A stretch of DNA of 64,000 nucleotides from Klebsormidium nitens (lineage: Eukaryota > Plantae > Klebsormidiophyceae). The stretch lies in the NCBI GenBank assembly GCA_000708835.1, contig DF237039.1, forward strand, positions 124,001 through 188,000, in the 5' to 3' direction. This document shows positions 57,948 through 64,000 of the stretch, in pieces (positions within the stretch are counted from its first letter, which is position 1; each line of letters begins with the position of its first letter). Below the pieces are notes generated by a model that saw nothing but the letters and a program-made list of their open reading frames with translations, searched no databases and was not told where the DNA came from. Position numbers and translations under genes: made by a program.

Positions 57948-60636
57948 CCGTCAAGCTTGATATCCAAATTGCTGGCCCTTGTGCATTGCCCCAAGCTGAG
58001 GTCATTCGCAAAGCATTCAAGAGGTGTGGACACAATCAAGCAATGTTTCCCAGCCTAGACATAAGACTTTTTTGAAAGGCAAGCCTCATATCGGCAAGCC
58101 ATATTCTGATGTCTGATGCCGGAATGGTGCATACGCGGGGGCCTGACAGTTCAAGGAAGTTGAGCTTCAGACAGTCCTTATCAAAGTCAGCCCTGATTGC
58201 GCGGGCGGTTGAAGTTGCATTTTCCTTGAAGCCCCACAATCACAAGCTCACAGTGCCAGTCTCAATCTCCCCTTTTACGATTGACATTTCTCCTGTTTTC
58301 ATCGAGTTCAGCTTATGCTGCTTGATAGTACAGGTAGTCATACGTAGGATGGTTCCTTGTTTCATGAGAGCTACGGCAGTCAGGGTTTGCGATTTTATAT
58401 CAAGATCGAATTTGGGATATTGCCCTACTGCTTACACTGCTCATGGTCATGGCAGCTTCCGGATTTGTCACTTTCATTCGCATGGGCCCAGTACTGACGT
58501 TTGGTTGTGTAACGTTGTTGCTGCGCGGTTTGTAAACCGCCCAAATTGTACTCCGGGCATCACGAGTCACGTGCAATTGCAATGCAACCATGGACCGTAC
58601 ACCCAGTCAATATAATCATGTTTAGGGGCATTGGTGAATCGTAAATTTCTTAAATCAAGGGGACTACGTGGTTGAGCCCGTGCACGCTATGGTGTTTGAT
58701 TAAATGCATGGGTTTTGGGACTACCCTCAGTAACGTATACCCGCGCACTGAGTAAGTCTAACCTGATCGGTTCGGTTGGAACAGATCTTACCGCGGAGAG
58801 GCGGGCCAGGTGAGTTCATGGCCACGGGCCCGGGATAGAATTTGTCCTTTGCACATAGCTCATAATATAGGCGCAATGATGCATTATAATAACCCCATTA
58901 TAATCTTCGGTGTATCCGCAATGAGCGCATGCAACCGACACGGTCCGGCTTCAACTTGTTAGGCACGACATACATAAACATTTTTCGAAGTTTGGGGAAC
59001 ACTTTGTTCATGAAGTTCTCAGAGCCCGACCGAAAAGCTTCAATGTTTGTTCGGTATTCTTGCAGTATTATAGTATTATGGGGGACGGCAGTGGTGCGCA
59101 CCTTAGGGATGCGGCGGACACACAATGTTTGATTCCACTAGGACAGCCAAATGGGCCCGCTCCCGGGCCCGCTTGGCGCGCTCAGTCTTCTAGTAACGTG
59201 CCTCAGTCTAACGGGCCTCTAAAAGTCTGCTAGCAGGTCCACCACAGGTTTGCCAGCCTTTCATGATAATAGCGCGCCAGTTCGGGGATTCAATTTGTTC
59301 GCCGTGAATGATGGCATCTTGAAGGACTCGGCTACATATGACCGCTAAATTAGATTCTTATAGAGCTTGTGCACGCCTGCCCCTGAGGAACACGTGCTAC
59401 CTTGAGTTCCTAACCTTATGACTTTATGATTATCTGACTGCCGTGAGTTCCCCGTACTTGGAAGATTAGTGAGCCGCGCTCGCGGCGCCGCGTGGCCGAT
59501 CTGCGCGGCCGGTTCGCGACCTCCCCAGCACGAGGTTTGAAAGATTTCAGATCCGATCTGGAGACGTAAGCTGATCATCGTCAGTTCCAACTTCCTCCAA
59601 CTAAAGTGTGACAGGTCACAGGGCCCGCGGCTCTGACAACATAATAACGACTGCAACAAATTCTACCTGACCAAATATCTGGGCACGGCCATGTGATCGT
59701 GACCTGGCTGAAGGAAGCTCATTAATTGGATCGCGAAACCTGGAGCACGTGAACCTATCTTGCCGGATCCACCTGACTGCTTCATCATGACGAAAGCAAT
59801 CATGAGGAATGCCCCAAGCTCCAAGTCCTTTGGACATATGGCAGGATTCAGAGCCGTTGATGTGCAGTATATCTGGAACCAGATAAGGGCGCCAGCTCAC
59901 TTTCACCTGAAATGCAATGAGAGGTCGACACCTGGCGCGAACCGGAAGGTTTTGGACAAAAGCGGAGAGCTTTTTGCTCGCCTGTCAACATCTTTCGACT
60001 GCCACCCTGTCATGCACAGTGGAAAGGAAGGCGGCGCCTGCCTGGCTAGTAGGTATTGAATTTGCAGTGCGGCTCAACCGAGCTCACTACTGTGTTCTCG
60101 GCCAGCTCCGGCATTGAGCCTGTGTTTAATGTTGCAACTAACTAATGGCTGGCCGTTGAGTGCTCGGTAGGTAGAACATCCGCATGCGCAAGCGTCAAGC
60201 TGGGCGGAGGGACCGATAGCTAAAGATTTGCGGGGCGGTTAGTTTAGATTTGCTTGTCAGTCAGCCCATCTGAACCGGTCAATCCAATGATGGCGGAAGC
60301 TTCCACCGGGGTATTGTGACCCAAACCTTGGGAAGTGAAGAGCAGAGTGCAGGGCAAAGTTGTTGGGAGCAGCGCTTTTAATCTTGGTCCAGTTTACGGC
60401 AATTCGTCTTTCAAAAGCGACGAGGCAAGGGCGCAGAACTTCAAACCTCGTTTTGCAGCATTGTAGGTCGAAAGACCTTAGCCACTTTCCGCCCTTGAAC
60501 GTTACCGCCTTCTCGGATGAGAGCCTTACGCTGAGGGCTTCCCAAGCTGACTATAGGAGCCTCACGCTGTGGACTCCCAAGCTCACCATCAACCTAATTG
60601 ATATCGTTGAGAAGGCCTGTCGAAGCGACTTCCACA

Positions 60637-63600
60637 ATGGCGGGCGGGATGATCGTTGCTGGCTCGGAAGTGCACGACTTCCCTGCCAAGATCACCTTTT
60701 ATGTCGTTATGGTGGCTCTGCTGGCAGCGTGCGGAGGTGACTATCTGACTCCGAATTCTGTTATAGAGTCTTGAGACATGCACCATGCACTGCTTGATGG
60801 AAGATGCACTACTTCATACTGGATGTACTGCAGGTTGAATGTGATATTGATGCTTTGCAAATCTCACCATGATGTCTGACTCCAAATTTCGTTCTACAGG
60901 TCTGCTGTTTGGTTATGACAATGGAGTCACTGGTAAGTTCAGAGGGCAAGATGATGTAGCTGAAGTTTTGATCATTTCTACCACCCCCGCATGCAAAGTT
61001 CCAGTAGCTCTTGCCAGTGGTTTAATCAGTGCTTGTTGCAATATCATGCTTGTACAAACCAGTACTTTATTACTGTATTGCTGCTTGTTTTTCTGCTTTA
61101 GCTCAGCCAGCTTGTGAGAAGCATCGTTTGCATCTTTGAAGAGCAGAGGCTCAGGACCTTTCTATGTCTGAAATTGGCAGGCTTCATTTCTCCCCATCTT
61201 GTGTGATTGTGACTGTCTCTTGTCTCTGCTTTTTCATTCACACTTGGTGTATGTGCAGGTGGTGTTACATCATTTCTACCATTCCTGGAAAAGTTTTTCC
61301 CAGCTGTTGCGAGGGCCACAGAGGTTGGTTACTACTCAAACCATTATACTTTATCTGGCTTTTATGTATACTTCTCAGATATGCCTTGTGGGACCTGCTC
61401 TTGGATCCCTCTTTGTGTCTTTATGATACCCTTGCAGGTGAAATGCGGGTTACCTTGCACTTTCCTTCAGTTGAACATGCGGGGGTCCGATTCCTCAAGG
61501 TCCTTATTTCCTCAGATGTTTCAGGACAACATTCAGTTCTTGACATTGCAATATTGCAGGTGAATTGACTTTATTTATTGAAGCAAGTTCTCAAAATCTG
61601 ATTGGTAAAGAAGTTATCTGTGGACAGAAGAGTCAATCTGGTTCTGTTTGGACACTTTTTGTCTCTTTTCATTGGTGCAACGGAGTCACCCTCAGTAGAA
61701 GGTGAGTCTGAAGACACCTATGCGGGTTGCAGGCGGCTATGTTGGAATTATTTTGTTCTAGGGCATGCAGAAAGGGTGGTACATCAACACTAGGACACTA
61801 GGATTTTTATTCTGGGCCCCTTGAACAAATCTGTGTCGTTAAGCATTGGAACTCGAATGTCTTGGTCTTCGGGCTCCACGCTTACCACCCACCATTGCAT
61901 TTTTTTCGCAATTGCCAGGGAGAAGAATTTAGGATACAACTGAACAATTTTAGCACGGTTCTGAACTGAATGATTAGGTCCTGTTCACCCACTTCTTGTT
62001 TCTCCCAAGAACCTCGAAATAACTCTTGTCTGTTGTTACCTCTTTTGCAGGCGGGTGTTGACGCAAACAGCGCCTACTGCAAGTACGACAATCAGGGGCT
62101 GCAGCTCTTCACGTCGTCGCTGTTTCTAGCTGGCGCGTTTGCCTCCTTGATTGCATCCTACACCACCAGGGCATGGGGCCGCAAGCGCACCATGCTCATT
62201 GGCGGCCTCTTCTTCTGCGTGGGGGCCACCCTCGTTGCTGCTGCTCAAGACTTGGCGATGCTCATCATTGGTCGCATCTGCCTTGGTATTGGAGTTGGTT
62301 TTGCCAATCAGGTACATGCCCAAGGGCTTGCCAGAAAATCTCGTCCGTGAATTCAATTGCGAAAATTGAAGCTCAAATTAGTCGTGTCATTTGTAAATAG
62401 CACAAGTCTCGTTGTTCTTCTGGCTTCGGCAAAAGATAGTAGTTCTAATCAAAACTAGATTGGTTCAATCTAGTTGACATTCGCACTGTAGCTGGGAAGA
62501 TATTGGATCAATCAGGCATTTCTGTGTGTTTTGTGGATCACTCCTCTCTGCCGCTTCAGGTGCGGCAGGTCATGTTCTTGCTGAAAGACGTTGTGATTGA
62601 CTCCTGCCTCCTCTGCTGTTACAGGCTGTTCCCCTGTACCTGTCTGAGATGGCTCCTCCCAAAGTCAGAGGTGCTCTCAACATCATGTTCCAGTTGGCAG
62701 TGACCATTGGCATCTTGGCCGCTCAGTTGATCAACTATGGTACCCAGTACATTGACCCTTGGGGCTGGAGGCTTTCTCTTGGTAAGCCACCAGGTTAACT
62801 CCCTGATCAGTTTCCCTTGACATAGTCAGGGGTTTTGTTGGCTTAATTGAAAGCGTTAGTGTGCAATCAGAAGCCAGCCCAGGTTTCAATCCTCACTTGT
62901 TCGAAGTCGGTTCGATTACTCATTATTCGCCTCCAGTCTTTCAAGGGCTCTCTGCGTTTTGAATGCTACTGAACACTCTGGTCTCTGCTGCAAGTCATGT
63001 GTGCTCTCCAATCGTGGATCTTCGCTGGTGGCCGATTCCTTGTGATCGGATTTTGAGTTTTTCTTTGTTGGATGTAACAAAGCGTTCCTACACGATTCAA
63101 TGCAAACACTTCCCTCAGTGTCTCGCATAATCTCTGTGCAGGCCTCGCCGGTGTTCCTGCCGCGCTGGTAACCCTGGGCGGTCTCATTCTGCCCGAGACT
63201 CCCAACAGTCTGATTGAGCGTGGCCAAATAGAGAAGGCGCGCCACGTCCTGCGCAAAGTGCGGGGTGTGGACAACGTTGAGGAGGAGTTTCTGGACATCA
63301 AGAGTGCCTGCGAGGTCGCGGCGCGCGTGAAGCACCCGTGGAGGAATATCATCAAGCCGCGCTACCGCCCGCAACTCGTCTTCTGCATTGTCCTCGAGTT
63401 CTTCCAGCAGGTGAGGGGTGATGTCATGCTGTCGTCATGCATGCGGCCGAGGTTGCATGTGAGGGTGGATAGCATGCATTGTAGGCAAGTTCGTGCGCAA
63501 TGGTCGAATCCTTTTGACAGGTCAATAGTGTGTTAAAATTAAGAACATGTCCTAGTTCTCTTAGGTTCGCTAGTTACGCTGTCGCACAGGAATCCGCTGG

Positions 63601-63971
63601 ACCCTTCAAGGACGCTTAGGCTGGCCCCTTCTCTGACATATCTCTCCTCAAAGCTTCGACCTGAAAATAGTCGAGGACTTGGGAGTAGTGTTTTATTATC
63701 ATCGCTTCGATACACGATCAAGTTGTGTGTCAAACGCGGCGCTCATTTACACTTGTCGTCCCCACTGCAGTTCACGGGTATCAACGCCATCATCTTCTAT
63801 GCCCCCGTCCTTTTCAATTCGCTCGGCAGCGGCAAGACGGCGTCGCTTTTGTCGACCGTTATCATTGGCGTGGTGAACGTGCTGTCAACGCTAGTGGCCG
63901 TCTTCACGGTCGACAAATTCGGCAGGCGCGCGCTCCTGCTCGAGGCCGGCGTTCAGATGACACTCGCACAG
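60637..63971 (+). CDS. STP: Sugar transport protein / hexose-H+ symporter (STP/HUP family, MFS), partial, 3' end outside window
   Basis: Exons 60637-60736, 60900-60932, 61259-61323, 62051-62311, 62625-62781, 63142-63410, 63771-63971. Motifs [103 protein letters not shown]. Confidence 0.97.
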
Positions 63972-64000
63972 GTGAGGCGGCGGTACCTTGCCCCTAAGCA

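Noticed and set aside
58109-58615. 168-aa plus-strand ORF downstream of RPN8
   Set aside because: No recognisable domain, non-coding-like composition, and it overlaps the expected RPN8 3' UTR/terminator.
1-64000. tRNA, rRNA, snRNA genes and intact transposase/RT ORFs
   Set aside because: No cloverleaf with T-loop context, no rRNA motifs and no RT/integrase/transposase motifs were seen by eye. Small snoRNAs could have been missed.

Overview
This is intron-rich eukaryotic nuclear DNA, not prokaryotic. It has GT/GC-AG introns, GC-rich exons and plant-type genes. The combination of plant-type genes (CYP51, STP, RPN8, SSU72) with centriole/cilium-associated genes (CEP97-like, ELMOD3-like) suggests a flagellated streptophyte alga such as Klebsormidium; this is inference. 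Gene models below were built by hand from splice sites and reading frame. In order: ELMOD3-like (-, runs off the left edge); a ~14.4 kb, ~25-exon gene of unknown function (+); a large unknown acidic protein (-); a MAX2/D3-like F-box-LRR copy with a frame break and an in-frame stop (+); CYP51 (-); SSU72 with a U12-type intron (+); an unexplained 40.0-43.4 kb stretch; CEP97-like LRR-IQ protein (+); a membrane-anchored, bacterial-like FkbM methyltransferase (-); RPN8 (+); and an STP/HUP hexose transporter (+, runs off the right edge). The most unusual signals are (1) the unknown giant gene, built from six 72-nt exons encoding a 24-aa PLPGDGxWxY repeat in a triplicated exon module, with all modelled introns phase 0 and a 42-aa-periodic coiled coil, and (2) islands of perfect 8-14 bp palindromes confined mostly to intergenic spacers. 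No tRNA, rRNA, CRISPR array or intact transposon could be supported.
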